A stretch of 64,000 bases of DNA, taken from NCBI GenBank assembly GCA_963722305.1, contig CAVRKE010000002.1, positions 447,649 through 511,648 of the forward strand, given 5' to 3'. The notes below the pieces were generated by a model that saw nothing but the letters and a program-made list of their open reading frames with translations, had not been told where the DNA came from and ran no database searches. Below are positions 1 through 8,516 of this stretch, in pieces (the stretch's first letter is position 1; every line of letters starts with the position of its first letter). The DNA is from Candidatus Levyibacteriota bacterium (GTDB lineage Bacteria; Patescibacteriota; Microgenomatia; Levybacterales; UBA12049). The position numbers and the translations under genes are program-made.

Positions 1-905
1 TGATAGTAAATGTGTCCTTTATGCTTTTCAGGCGTTACGGACAGCCCACAATCATTACATCGCAACAATCCTCTGTAAATATATGGTAAACCAGCAAACT
101 TAAAGTGTTTTTTATTAAAACTTTCTTTTACTTTCTGCACTTGGTCAAATAAATTTTGGGTAATAATTGGTTGATATTTATGCGGATAAAATTTCTTATT
201 CCACTTCATTATTCCATAATAAAATGTATCCTTGAGGATTTTGTCAGTCCAGCCATGCGACCATTCTACGCCATACTCTTCTTTTAGCTTTTTGCGTAAT
301 AAATCCATTGAAAAACTACCCATTGCATACCATTCGTAGGCTTTTTGAACAATACGAGAAGCAAACTCGTCAACCACAATTTCTGTTTTATCCTTACCTA
401 TGGAAACACGCTTATATCCAAATGATGGTCTGCTTGGATAAGTGCCCATTCTAAGCATTTGCTCTTGTGCCCGTTTTACATTATCACTAATTGCGTCAGA
501 GTAGTATTTAGCAAGTCCAAGGCTCATGCTAAAAGCAAACTTTTCTGTGGCTGAAAGATGACTGTTAATGACTTGTCCATCTGAAACAAAATGTAACTCT
601 ATCTCGTCTTTTAGAGCCTTATTGTAGAGTGCGGGAACCCGTTTATCAAAAATGTTGCGGGATAATCTATCTACTTTGTCAAAGCAAACGGCTATTTTTT
701 CTTTTTGCTCAAGAACAAATTCAAGGATGCCATCAAAATCACTACGCAGGGTTTTATACGCACTTTCATCAAAGCTAAATTCTTTGATAATTTCAAAGCC
801 TTTATTTTGACAATACTTTTTCATCCTAGTCGTTTGAGCAGGTAACGAATTGTTCGCTTCTTTTTGTTCTTCTGTTGAAACTCTAGCTATAATTATCGCT
901 TTCAT
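1..905 (-). CDS. Large serine recombinase (resolvase/invertase catalytic domain plus recombinase and zinc-ribbon domains). Partial: the C-terminus runs off the left edge of the window.
   Basis: Reverse-strand translation from about 905 gives MKAIIIARVSTEEQ... then ...DKVDRLSRN... (serine-recombinase catalytic motifs), and later CNDCG (zinc ribbon). Not in the ORF track because it has no stop inside the window. Confidence 0.8.
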   Translation of the reverse strand, partial: MKAIIIARVSTEEQKEANNSLPAQTTRMKKYCQNKGFEIIKEFSFDESAYKTLRSDFDGILEFVLEQKEKIAVCFDKVDRLSRNIFDKRVPALYNKALKDEIELHFVSDGQVINSHLSATEKFAFSMSLGLAKYYSDAISDNVKRAQEQMLRMGTYPSRPSFGYKRVSIGKDKTEIVVDEFASRIVQKAYEWYAMGSFSMDLLRKKLKEEYGVEWSHGWTDKILKDTFYYGIMKWNKKFYPHKYQPIITQNLFDQVQKVKESFNKKHFKFAGLPYIYRGLLRCNDCGLSVTPEKHKGHIYY

Positions 906-907
906 AT

Positions 908-1636
908 TTATAAATTGCACTCTTTTTGGTAATAAGGGTTTGAAGAAACCCAACTTCTTAAATTACTCCTCACATAATTGTTCCAACATGATTGGTCTGG
1001 GTCATTTGGACATGCTTGGTCAGCGGAAACATTTAATTGCAATAAGTAATCTATAATTTGATAAGCACTATTTAAGTTCGGATTTTGACTAACCCTTAAT
1101 GTAATTGATTTCCATTCTTCTTGGTTTAAGTTAGCTAAGAAAATTACCTGAGAATTAAATGCAGCAACTTCATTTTCCAAGCAAGAAGGAGCTGGTGTTC
1201 CTTCAAGTGCTTTAAGGAAAAATGTTGCATGTCTTAATTCATGCACTAGCAACGAGCCAGTTAATATGTCATCATAATTTTTGTAAGTATCATCAACATA
1301 AATACGAATATCGTTTGCATCAGATGTGTTATCAAATGCGAAATAACCTTCCGCACCATTCATCTCGCTGTGTGGTTTATAAATTAAATGGAAACAATTT
1401 GCAAAATGTCCTTTTGGGGCTTGTGGGGAATTAGGTGCTCCAATATCTTTTCCTTCAGCTAAACTTAGCGCCCTAAGTAATTCAGGAGGATTATTATAAG
1501 GCGTTGTTCTAGTGCATAAGCCAATATCTTGCTTAGGTGTTTGATTATTAGTTGATGGAGCCTGTCCTTTGATGAAATTATATCCAAGCAATATCAGTAA
1601 AATACATATTATGATGTAAGGTAATTTATTTTTCAT
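908..1636 (-). CDS. Secreted protein with an HExxH motif (LLVHELRHA). Putative zinc metallopeptidase.
   Basis: N-terminal hydrophobic signal/anchor (LPYIIICILLILLG) and an HELRH motif. No family assignment possible by eye. Confidence 0.4.
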   Translation of the reverse strand: MKNKLPYIIICILLILLGYNFIKGQAPSTNNQTPKQDIGLCTRTTPYNNPPELLRALSLAEGKDIGAPNSPQAPKGHFANCFHLIYKPHSEMNGAEGYFAFDNTSDANDIRIYVDDTYKNYDDILTGSLLVHELRHATFFLKALEGTPAPSCLENEVAAFNSQVIFLANLNQEEWKSITLRVSQNPNLNSAYQIIDYLLQLNVSADQACPNDPDQSCWNNYVRSNLRSWVSSNPYYQKECNL

Positions 1637-1818
1637 TTATGTTTAATAAAATTGTCTAAGTTTTCCTTCTTAATCCTGTATTGTTTTCCTGCCTTATGTG
1701 ATTTTAGTTTGCCAGCTTGTATCCAACGATACACAGTAAGGTAAGCAACCTTTAACATCTTTGAGACCTCTTCAATTGAGTAATACTGGTCTTCTAGCAT
1801 ATTAGTTATATTTATCAT
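1633..1818 (-). CDS. Excisionase-family helix-turn-helix DNA-binding protein (Xis/AlpA-like).
   Basis: 61 aa containing ...LTVYRWIQAGKLKSHKAGKQYRIKKENLDNF..., the typical excisionase/MerR-type HTH pattern. Sits next to the recombinase module. Confidence 0.5.
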   Translation of the reverse strand: MINITNMLEDQYYSIEEVSKMLKVAYLTVYRWIQAGKLKSHKAGKQYRIKKENLDNFIKHK

Positions 1819-2941
1819 TGTTTATCATTTCGTCTTGAAAGTCAACTAGCTTTAATAGCTCAAAACTAGTCAGATTTTTACGAATAACATCAAAAGGGCT
1901 TTTTGTAAACGGCACTTTGACACTTTTAGCTTCCGAAAACAACCTATACCAACTTCTATTGCTGTATTTCCCAAACATTACCCGAAGCTCACGAGGAGTA
2001 ACGGCATCAAGGGCGTTTTTGAGACCAAAAAGCTGAATTATACGCTTTGTTCCCAATTTTGGATTGCTAATTATAAGGTCTGCGAGCAGGGCTTTTGGGT
2101 TAGATACTTTGTAGTCAAGTAGCTTAGGTCTTTGTGCTTCTAGTTCATCTAGATAATGCAAGAGAACCTGTTGGGATATATTTGAACTAAATAGATTTTG
2201 AAAAGTAAGTTCCTTTTCTATTTTAAGCGTCTTAAATAGTTGTCTAATTTTTTGGCGATTATTAAGCCTGACTTCCATTCTCAACACTTCTAATCTTTTC
2301 TTTTCAATAAATTTTTCAAAAAGGTTAAGTTGTAAAGCATTGTCTTTTTCTATTGCTCGCTTATCGCTTTTCTTAGCCATTTCTAAGTCTTTAATTTTAT
2401 CGTAAAAAGCTACTTCATAAGAGTTGCTATGCCATTTATAACTATGCCCGTCATTACGATAATCTGTTTGATTTATATCAAGAGCAAGCGGGATATTTGC
2501 CTCTTTAATTTTACTTATCAAGTAATGAGGCGTTGAGCCATCGGTAAGTGGTATATTTTTGGAATAATGAACTGTAGATACTGGAGCATTTATAAACAGC
2601 TCCCAAAAAACTGAAATACCCATTTCCTTTAGCTTTTTTTGTAATAATTCTGCTACCTGTTTAAAGTCTTCGTCTTTTAACTCATCAAAATTATTTCCAT
2701 AGACTAATTTGGGTAGCGATAACTCTATAGACAGGGTTGGCTCATAGCGTCCTGATGTATTATATCGTTTTGTTAAAGTCAATCTAGGCTTGTAGACACC
2801 ATTTTTCAACTCTGTTTTTGTTGGATTTTGAACAAGCATAAAATAGCCTCGTGAGGCGTTCATTTTCTCTTTTTGAAATAAGTCTAATTTATTAACTAAA
2901 AACATATTCTTATCTAGCGTTAGCTTCATCGTATCTATCAT
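1802..2941 (-). CDS. Hypothetical 379-aa protein. A replication initiation role is possible but not established.
   Basis: Long ORF with K/E-rich coiled regions. Assignment rests on position between Xis and SpoVG only. No motif recognised. Confidence 0.25.
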   Translation of the reverse strand: MIDTMKLTLDKNMFLVNKLDLFQKEKMNASRGYFMLVQNPTKTELKNGVYKPRLTLTKRYNTSGRYEPTLSIELSLPKLVYGNNFDELKDEDFKQVAELLQKKLKEMGISVFWELFINAPVSTVHYSKNIPLTDGSTPHYLISKIKEANIPLALDINQTDYRNDGHSYKWHSNSYEVAFYDKIKDLEMAKKSDKRAIEKDNALQLNLFEKFIEKKRLEVLRMEVRLNNRQKIRQLFKTLKIEKELTFQNLFSSNISQQVLLHYLDELEAQRPKLLDYKVSNPKALLADLIISNPKLGTKRIIQLFGLKNALDAVTPRELRVMFGKYSNRSWYRLFSEAKSVKVPFTKSPFDVIRKNLTSFELLKLVDFQDEMINNDKYN

Positions 2942-3206
2942 AATTTTTCATTACATCTTCAAACTTACTGATGACCTCCTTTTCTATGCTTTCCGCAAAG
3001 GATTTATTTATAGGATGAAATATATTGATATTTCTTAACCCCACTTTTTTAGTAGGATAAACGAGCCTATAACCACCTTCGGGTCTTGTTATAATGCCAA
3101 TAGACCCTAAGTAAAGATTGTTGCTTAATACAAAACTTGCAAAACCGATTAAGCCGTTATTTGGCTTAACTGGTATTATTTGTATTTCAGTTATCATGTT
3201 TTTCAT
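2910..3206 (-). CDS. spoVG: SpoVG-family protein (septation/regulatory RNA- and DNA-binding protein).
   Basis: 98 aa containing IQIIPVKPNNGLIGFASFVLSNNLYLGSIGIITRPEGGYRLVYPTKK...NIFHPINKSFAESIEKEVI. This matches the SpoVG pattern (...IHDIKVIEGENGLFIAMPS...DIAHPIN...). Confidence 0.6.
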   Translation of the reverse strand: MKNMITEIQIIPVKPNNGLIGFASFVLSNNLYLGSIGIITRPEGGYRLVYPTKKVGLRNINIFHPINKSFAESIEKEVISKFEDVMKNYDRYDEANAR

Positions 3207-3428
3207 TTGTTTTTGTTTTATTTAACCGTTGGTCAATTTGTATAAGAATGGAAAATAAATCAGTTAGTCGTTTTAGTTCGTCCGAAGGCAGAATACGCCC
3301 GTCCTCATTAGGCTGTATTTGTTTCTCGTTTATTAATTTTGTTACTTCGCTTGTTTCCATTAAGCAAAGTTTATTAAATGAGGCTCGTATCCAACTGTAT
3401 ACGCTCCGTATACGGAAAATGAAGCTAT

Positions 3429-4592
3429 TTAAAAGGTTCTTTTATAAAGCGTGTTTATTTTTGCCTGATTGAAGTCGTATTGTAAGAAGTCGGTAACGCC
3501 AATTTTAGACAAGCTATTACTAATACCCCTGCAAACCTCGTAATAAGTATTCTTTGGGTCTTTTACTTCCCCTGTTGTCGCACCTTCCAATTCGCTTATA
3601 ACCTCTGAGTAGTAAATACCTTTTGTTTTTTTCAAAAGCAATTTAAGCACGGCAAGTTTTCTCGTATCTTTTTTGAATTTTGCTTGCTTTCCGTTTATAA
3701 TAAGAAGTATAGCTTCATCATCAAAAGTAAAAGAAATAGTAGGTTTGTTAGTTTTTGTTGGTTTTTGTTGGTCATTTAACGCAAAACCACTTAACATAAT
3801 CTCTTTTGTATGATTAAAAATCCGTTGAAGATGCACTTTATACTCGCCAACATCAAACTCTTTCAAATAACGCTTAGTGTCAGTTTTATAGCTCATTACC
3901 TCATTTAATTCTTCAAAAAGCATATTAAGACCCATTGCTTCAAATACCTCTTTCTTTTTCAATTTATCATCTCTTAATTTTTCGTAATCCTTATAAAGTC
4001 CGTAAAAAGATACCAATTTATCCCAACTATGCCAAACTTTAGTAGGCAATAGTCTTTGAATGTATTTTCTTTCTTCTTCCAAGAGGTCGTAGCTTGGGGA
4101 AAAAGTCCATCGGACTATAATGCCTTGACTATCTTTATCGCCAAATTTAGACATAAAATCTTTCAGTATAGGGTCATCGGAAGGTATGCTCATAAGAGCG
4201 TGTAATATGCTTCCGTATCGTCCAGCAATTGGGCCCGCACTAGAATTGATACTGCCGTCTTCTTTTTCGTAGGCTTCAAAATGTTGTAATCCTTCTTGAA
4301 AAAAATGATTTTGTTGGAGCTTCTCGTTGTTTTTAACTTGTAGCAGGATTTTATATGCTTGTCTCATTTCTTTTTTTGCAAGCTCGCCAAGTTCCGTTTC
4401 TTTTTTAGTGTCTTTTTCTTTCAGTTTATTAAAAACTTTAATAACAGGACTTAGCCTTTCGTCTTTATCATAGATTTCAACATATTCAAATAAAGTCAAG
4501 AAAAAAGGTTTTGGTATAACCATTGGTATAGCACGGTCTACGAGGGATTGAAGTTTATCTATTAATAATTGGTATTGGTCTGTTTTTTCCAT
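3429..4592 (-). CDS. Hypothetical protein (387 aa), cargo of the element.
   Basis: Uninterrupted ORF. No recognisable motif. Confidence 0.4.
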   Translation of the reverse strand: MEKTDQYQLLIDKLQSLVDRAIPMVIPKPFFLTLFEYVEIYDKDERLSPVIKVFNKLKEKDTKKETELGELAKKEMRQAYKILLQVKNNEKLQQNHFFQEGLQHFEAYEKEDGSINSSAGPIAGRYGSILHALMSIPSDDPILKDFMSKFGDKDSQGIIVRWTFSPSYDLLEEERKYIQRLLPTKVWHSWDKLVSFYGLYKDYEKLRDDKLKKKEVFEAMGLNMLFEELNEVMSYKTDTKRYLKEFDVGEYKVHLQRIFNHTKEIMLSGFALNDQQKPTKTNKPTISFTFDDEAILLIINGKQAKFKKDTRKLAVLKLLLKKTKGIYYSEVISELEGATTGEVKDPKNTYYEVCRGISNSLSKIGVTDFLQYDFNQAKINTLYKRTF

Positions 4593-4684
4593 TTCATTAC
4601 ATCTTGAAAACAGGTCTATCCTATCAAAAAAAGGTGCTTATATAAAGTGTCATACTTGAACAAGGAGTATAATAGATTTGCTCT

Positions 4685-5128
4685 ATGGGTAAGAAAGAAC
4701 TAAAACAAGAACATCCTGCAAAATCAAACAACACGCAAAACATATTCTTCATAGCTATAATCGGGATACTTTTAGTCCTTGTAGCTTATTTCTTCGGTAA
4801 ATCTCAAACTCCTACAACATTGGATAGTAATACTAGTCCAACTATCTTTTCTACCCCTAGTCCAACCGATACACCAACCCCTGAACCAATAAAAAACACT
4901 TTTAATACGCAAGCTTGCATCAATAATGCCGACTACGTAGACCAAAGTTGTATCAACAGTTGCACTAATCAAGCAAACATTCAATTGCAAAACTGCCCAA
5001 AGGATAATGTGGATAATCTTAGAAATTGTGGAAATTCAATTGAACTATGGCATCAAAGTTGCTTGGATGATTGTCTAAGCACAGCTAAAATCGCAATCAA
5101 TAATTGCAGATTGGGTATTTCCCCATAA
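4685..5128 (+). CDS. Small secreted or membrane-anchored cysteine-rich protein with a Thr/Pro-rich linker.
   Basis: N-terminal TM helix (IFFIAIIGILLVLVAYFF), a PT-rich linker and 10 Cys in the C-terminal 80 aa. A terminator lies about 150 bp downstream. Confidence 0.45.
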   Translation: MGKKELKQEHPAKSNNTQNIFFIAIIGILLVLVAYFFGKSQTPTTLDSNTSPTIFSTPSPTDTPTPEPIKNTFNTQACINNADYVDQSCINSCTNQANIQLQNCPKDNVDNLRNCGNSIELWHQSCLDDCLSTAKIAINNCRLGISP

Positions 5129-5277
5129 ACAAAACATAAGTTTTCATTAGCTTAGATAATAATCAGGCATAAACAGGTTGTAACTGAAAAGTCTCAAAGA
5201 CCGTTTGGATATTCTGTAAGCTAAACCCAAACTCTATTTTTTGGTTACTAAACATGTTTACTAGGGGGAGCATAAAA

Positions 5278-5303
5278 GACCACCCGAAAGAGGTGGTTTT
5301 TTT
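5278..5303 (+). terminator. Rho-independent terminator (ACCACC-loop-GGTGGT followed by T7).
   Basis: Sequence aaaagACCACCcgaaagaGGTGGTttttttt. The identical sequence recurs at 7659-7684. Confidence 0.7.
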
Positions 5304-5454
5304 ATGCTCTGACAGAATATGAATCGTGCTTTAGCTCGAATCTCGAGCATATCAATGTGAGATCCTGAGCGAAGCCGAAGGACTAGTCGCGAAGCAATTA
5401 GCGCTTAATATAACCTCTTCTTTACTTCTTTCTAAATTGTGAGATGATTTAGTC

Positions 5455-6135
5455 ATGGAAGAGAAAATTAAGAAAGCCAACCCAACGCTGTATAGATATT
5501 TATTTACAGTCACCACTTTTTCAAAACTTCTAGCATTAGGTCTTTTTATCATCCTTCCCTTCTTAGGGTTTTATTTAGGAATGCACTATCAACAAAAAAT
5601 AACCACAGTTACCCCAGTTATATCGGAAGTTCAGAAAATTCCAACACCAACTCCTACTTTAATTGATACTACAAACTGGAAAATATATACAAATACTGTT
5701 GCCGGATATTCCTTAAAATATCCGTCGGGTTGGCAGCTTTTGACCGATGCCGATAACTATCCTACGAACATTATATTAACAAGCCCAGATTATCGGGGAA
5801 ATTCGCCATGGACAGGAGCTAGAATAGAACTATCAGCTTACGGCACAACAACCTCGACAAATGTTAAAGACGTACTCAATGCAGAAGTAGAATCAGGCTC
5901 CCTTAGCGCTTATAAGAATTATAAAGAACTTCAAATAAACGGGGTAAGGGCAATCCAATACGATTTTATTTTTCCTGTTAATAATGGCTTACTTTTTACC
6001 TCAACTGACGTTAGCTTTATTGAGAATAAGAGAATGTATACGTTTAGTCTATCATACTATCCAAGCATAGAACCAAAAAATAAATATTTGGCGACTTTTC
6101 AAAATATTATTTCTACTTTTAGGTTGGCCCAGTAA
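5455..6135 (+). CDS. Membrane-anchored protein with a PT-rich linker and a C-terminal globular domain. Hypothetical. Copy 1.
   Basis: 226 aa with an N-terminal TM (LLALGLFIILPFLGFYLG) and a TPTPT linker. 100% identical to the ORF at 7836-8516. Confidence 0.5.
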   Translation: MEEKIKKANPTLYRYLFTVTTFSKLLALGLFIILPFLGFYLGMHYQQKITTVTPVISEVQKIPTPTPTLIDTTNWKIYTNTVAGYSLKYPSGWQLLTDADNYPTNIILTSPDYRGNSPWTGARIELSAYGTTTSTNVKDVLNAEVESGSLSAYKNYKELQINGVRAIQYDFIFPVNNGLLFTSTDVSFIENKRMYTFSLSYYPSIEPKNKYLATFQNIISTFRLAQ

Positions 6136-6292
6136 AATCAGGATTTAATTGTAGTTTCTTTATTTCTTCCCACCTCTGCCTTAATTCCCCAATATAGATT
6201 AGATTCTGGAAGGATTCCATTGCCTTTGCGGTTATAATAATCTCAGGACTGGGGAGCAAATTAGCCTCGGAAACTTCTGATATAATCAGTTT

Positions 6293-7150
6293 ATGCAATG
6301 GATTTTGCTTACACTTCTAAATGTTTTTGGAAATGGTAGCGTAATATTCTTTACAAAATCAGCAATTAAGAATACTAAATTTGGTTATGCTGGCGTAATG
6401 TTTATTACACTATTTTTTGCTGTAGTTTTGTATCTTCCAATATTTATTTTTAGCTACATAACGCATCCTGTTATTTCATCAAGTATAGATGGTTATTATT
6501 TTCTTTTAGCCTCAATAATACTTACGATATTTAATTTTTTTATTTATTTTCATGCAATCGTTATTAACGATCTTTCAGTTTTTGGACCATTAGATAGTGC
6601 TCGTCCATTTTTCGTAATTTTGTTCTCGTTGCTGTTATTAGGTCAAGTTCCTACGCATTATATTGTTTTTGGATCTATCCTTATTTTTCTAGGAGCAATT
6701 ATCCTCACCTTTTCTAAAAAATTTCTTACAGAAGCTGGTAATTTTCATAAAACATTTTTTGTGATTTTATCAACAGGACTTTTTGGTTTTATATCAATTA
6801 TTGATAAGAAAGCACTTGCCTCCATAGATCCAATAAAATACGTGTTCTTTGTTTTGCTTAGTGTCTGTATCGCAAGCGGAATTATATATTTTAGTAAAAC
6901 AAAACATATAATATTTAAACAATTTTTATCTTTAAAATTATTGGCAATGGGTGTTTTATGGGTAATTGGCTATATTGGAATTATGAGCGCTGTAAAAATC
7001 TCAACACCAAATCAAGTTATTCCTCTTCAAATGACAAGATCCTTATACCTTTCATTTTTAGGCTTTGCTTTTTTAGGAGAAAAAGGGTATTTAAGGAAAA
7101 TTATTGCAGCCGTAGTGATGTTGATTGGAGTTTATTTTATTGTCCAATAG
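6293..7150 (+). CDS. EamA/DMT-superfamily transporter (10-TM permease).
   Basis: 285 aa, about 10 hydrophobic helices arranged as two repeated halves, as is typical for EamA. Promoter-module copy immediately upstream. Confidence 0.5.
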   Translation: MQWILLTLLNVFGNGSVIFFTKSAIKNTKFGYAGVMFITLFFAVVLYLPIFIFSYITHPVISSSIDGYYFLLASIILTIFNFFIYFHAIVINDLSVFGPLDSARPFFVILFSLLLLGQVPTHYIVFGSILIFLGAIILTFSKKFLTEAGNFHKTFFVILSTGLFGFISIIDKKALASIDPIKYVFFVLLSVCIASGIIYFSKTKHIIFKQFLSLKLLAMGVLWVIGYIGIMSAVKISTPNQVIPLQMTRSLYLSFLGFAFLGEKGYLRKIIAAVVMLIGVYFIVQ

Positions 7151-7201
7151 GTTCTAACGTCGTCTACTGCTCGGAGCAAATTAGCCTCGGAATGATATAA
7201 T
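7149..7201 (+). promoter_or_regulatory. Reference copy of the conserved promoter-proximal module: AGGTTCTAACGTCGTCtactgCTCGGAGCaaattaGCCTCggaaTGATATAAT.
   Basis: Extended -10 TGnTATAAT lies 7 nt upstream of the ATG at 7208. Related copies occur at about 6241-6290, 7622-7650, 8622-8670, 13109-13165, 17330-17413, 18301-18345, 21698-21790, 23829-23888, 14945-15030 and 21079-21140. Confidence 0.55.
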
Positions 7202-7207
7202 CTTCTC

Positions 7208-7621
7208 ATGAAATTATCTTCTAATGTAAAATCCTTTCCTAAATTCTTTTCAAGATTATTTCTAACAAAAAACATTGGTGGCATTACTCTTTCTCCCAAT
7301 ATTTTTTTAAAATATGAAATACTTGCAGATTTACAAAAGGAAAATCAAAATCCTAAATACATTGCCTTATTAAATCATGAGCAGGAACATCTTAAAAGAC
7401 AAAGGGAAATGGGTTCAGTAAAGTTTTTTATTAAATATGCTTTATTTCCAAGATTTAGATTTAGAGAAGAAATAATTGCAAACAAAAAGACCGCAAAAGT
7501 CTTAAAAGAGCATGGTATTCCATTTGACTCTAATTTATATGCAAAGTATTTGTCAGGACCAATGTATTTTTGGTGTGTTTCTTATAAGGAAGCAAAGAAA
7601 GAATTAGATAAGTTGGTGTAG
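7208..7621 (+). CDS. Hypothetical protein (137 aa) with an HEQEH motif. Possible small metallo-hydrolase.
   Basis: ...ALLNHEQEHLKRQ... No firm family call. Confidence 0.3.
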   Translation: MKLSSNVKSFPKFFSRLFLTKNIGGITLSPNIFLKYEILADLQKENQNPKYIALLNHEQEHLKRQREMGSVKFFIKYALFPRFRFREEIIANKKTAKVLKEHGIPFDSNLYAKYLSGPMYFWCVSYKEAKKELDKLV

Positions 7622-7658
7622 GTAGGTTCTAACATCGTCTATCCCTCGGAGCATAAAA

Positions 7659-7684
7659 GACCACCCGAAAGAGGTGGTTTTTTT
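7659..7684 (+). terminator. Rho-independent terminator (copy 2, inside repeat copy 2).
   Basis: Identical to 5278-5303. Lies 38 bp after the stop of the 7208-7621 gene. Confidence 0.7.
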
Positions 7685-7835
7685 ATGCTCTGACAGAATA
7701 TGAATCGTGCTTTAGCTCGAATCTCGAGCATATCAATGTGAGATCCTGAGCGAAGCCGAAGGACTAGTCGCGAAGCAATTAGCGCTTAATATAACCTCTT
7801 CTTTACTTCTTTCTAAATTGTGAGATGATTTAGTC

Positions 7836-8516
7836 ATGGAAGAGAAAATTAAGAAAGCCAACCCAACGCTGTATAGATATTTATTTACAGTCACCACTTT
7901 TTCAAAACTTCTAGCATTAGGTCTTTTTATCATCCTTCCCTTCTTAGGGTTTTATTTAGGAATGCACTATCAACAAAAAATAACCACAGTTACCCCAGTT
8001 ATATCGGAAGTTCAGAAAATTCCAACACCAACTCCTACTTTAATTGATACTACAAACTGGAAAATATATACAAATACTGTTGCCGGATATTCCTTAAAAT
8101 ATCCGTCGGGTTGGCAGCTTTTGACCGATGCCGATAACTATCCTACGAACATTATATTAACAAGCCCAGATTATCGGGGAAATTCGCCATGGACAGGAGC
8201 TAGAATAGAACTATCAGCTTACGGCACAACAACCTCGACAAATGTTAAAGACGTACTCAATGCAGAAGTAGAATCAGGCTCCCTTAGCGCTTATAAGAAT
8301 TATAAAGAACTTCAAATAAACGGGGTAAGGGCAATCCAATACGATTTTATTTTTCCTGTTAATAATGGCTTACTTTTTACCTCAACTGACGTTAGCTTTA
8401 TTGAGAATAAGAGAATGTATACGTTTAGTCTATCATACTATCCAAGCATAGAACCAAAAAATAAATATTTGGCGACTTTTCAAAATATTATTTCTACTTT
8501 TAGGTTGGCCCAGTAA
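7836..8516 (+). CDS. Membrane-anchored PT-linker protein, copy 2 (identical to 5455-6135).
   Basis: 100% identity at protein and DNA level. Confidence 0.5.
   Translation: MEEKIKKANPTLYRYLFTVTTFSKLLALGLFIILPFLGFYLGMHYQQKITTVTPVISEVQKIPTPTPTLIDTTNWKIYTNTVAGYSLKYPSGWQLLTDADNYPTNIILTSPDYRGNSPWTGARIELSAYGTTTSTNVKDVLNAEVESGSLSAYKNYKELQINGVRAIQYDFIFPVNNGLLFTSTDVSFIENKRMYTFSLSYYPSIEPKNKYLATFQNIISTFRLAQ

Larger units (their letters stand above)
1..4650. mobile_element. Partial integrative element or prophage-like island. Recombinase, Xis, possible Rep, SpoVG-like and cargo genes, all on the minus strand. The left boundary is outside the window and the right boundary is uncertain.
   Basis: Co-linear minus-strand block of recombinase, excisionase-family HTH, a 379-aa possible replication protein, a SpoVG-like protein and a 387-aa unknown. 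Very AT-rich compared with the 26-58 kb backbone. Confidence 0.45.
5267..6268 (+). repeat. Copy 1 of a 1,002-bp perfect direct repeat. Contents: terminator, structured leader and the 226-aa gene.
   Basis: Identical to 7648-8649 with a constant offset of 2381 over the whole length. Both copies end in ...CTCAGGACTGGGGAGC, and both junctions fall at GGAGC of the promoter module. Confidence 0.9.

Noticed and set aside
3248-3472. 74-aa plus-strand ORF between the SpoVG-like gene and the 387-aa gene.
   Set aside because: No RBS. It overlaps the 3' end of the minus-strand 387-aa gene and the palindromic intergenic region. Cys/Phe-rich low-complexity translation.
5352-5552. 66-aa minus-strand ORF inside each 1-kb repeat (also 7733-7933).
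   Set aside because: Antisense to the leader and start of the 226-aa gene. More plausibly a by-product of the structured leader region than a gene.
7149-7160. The GGTTCTAAC block as a tRNA T-arm or tRNA fragment (a possible att site).
   Set aside because: It lacks the GTTCGAATC / GTTCAAATC T-loop consensus and there is no acceptor-stem complementarity nearby. No tRNA-like cloverleaf could be built anywhere in the window.
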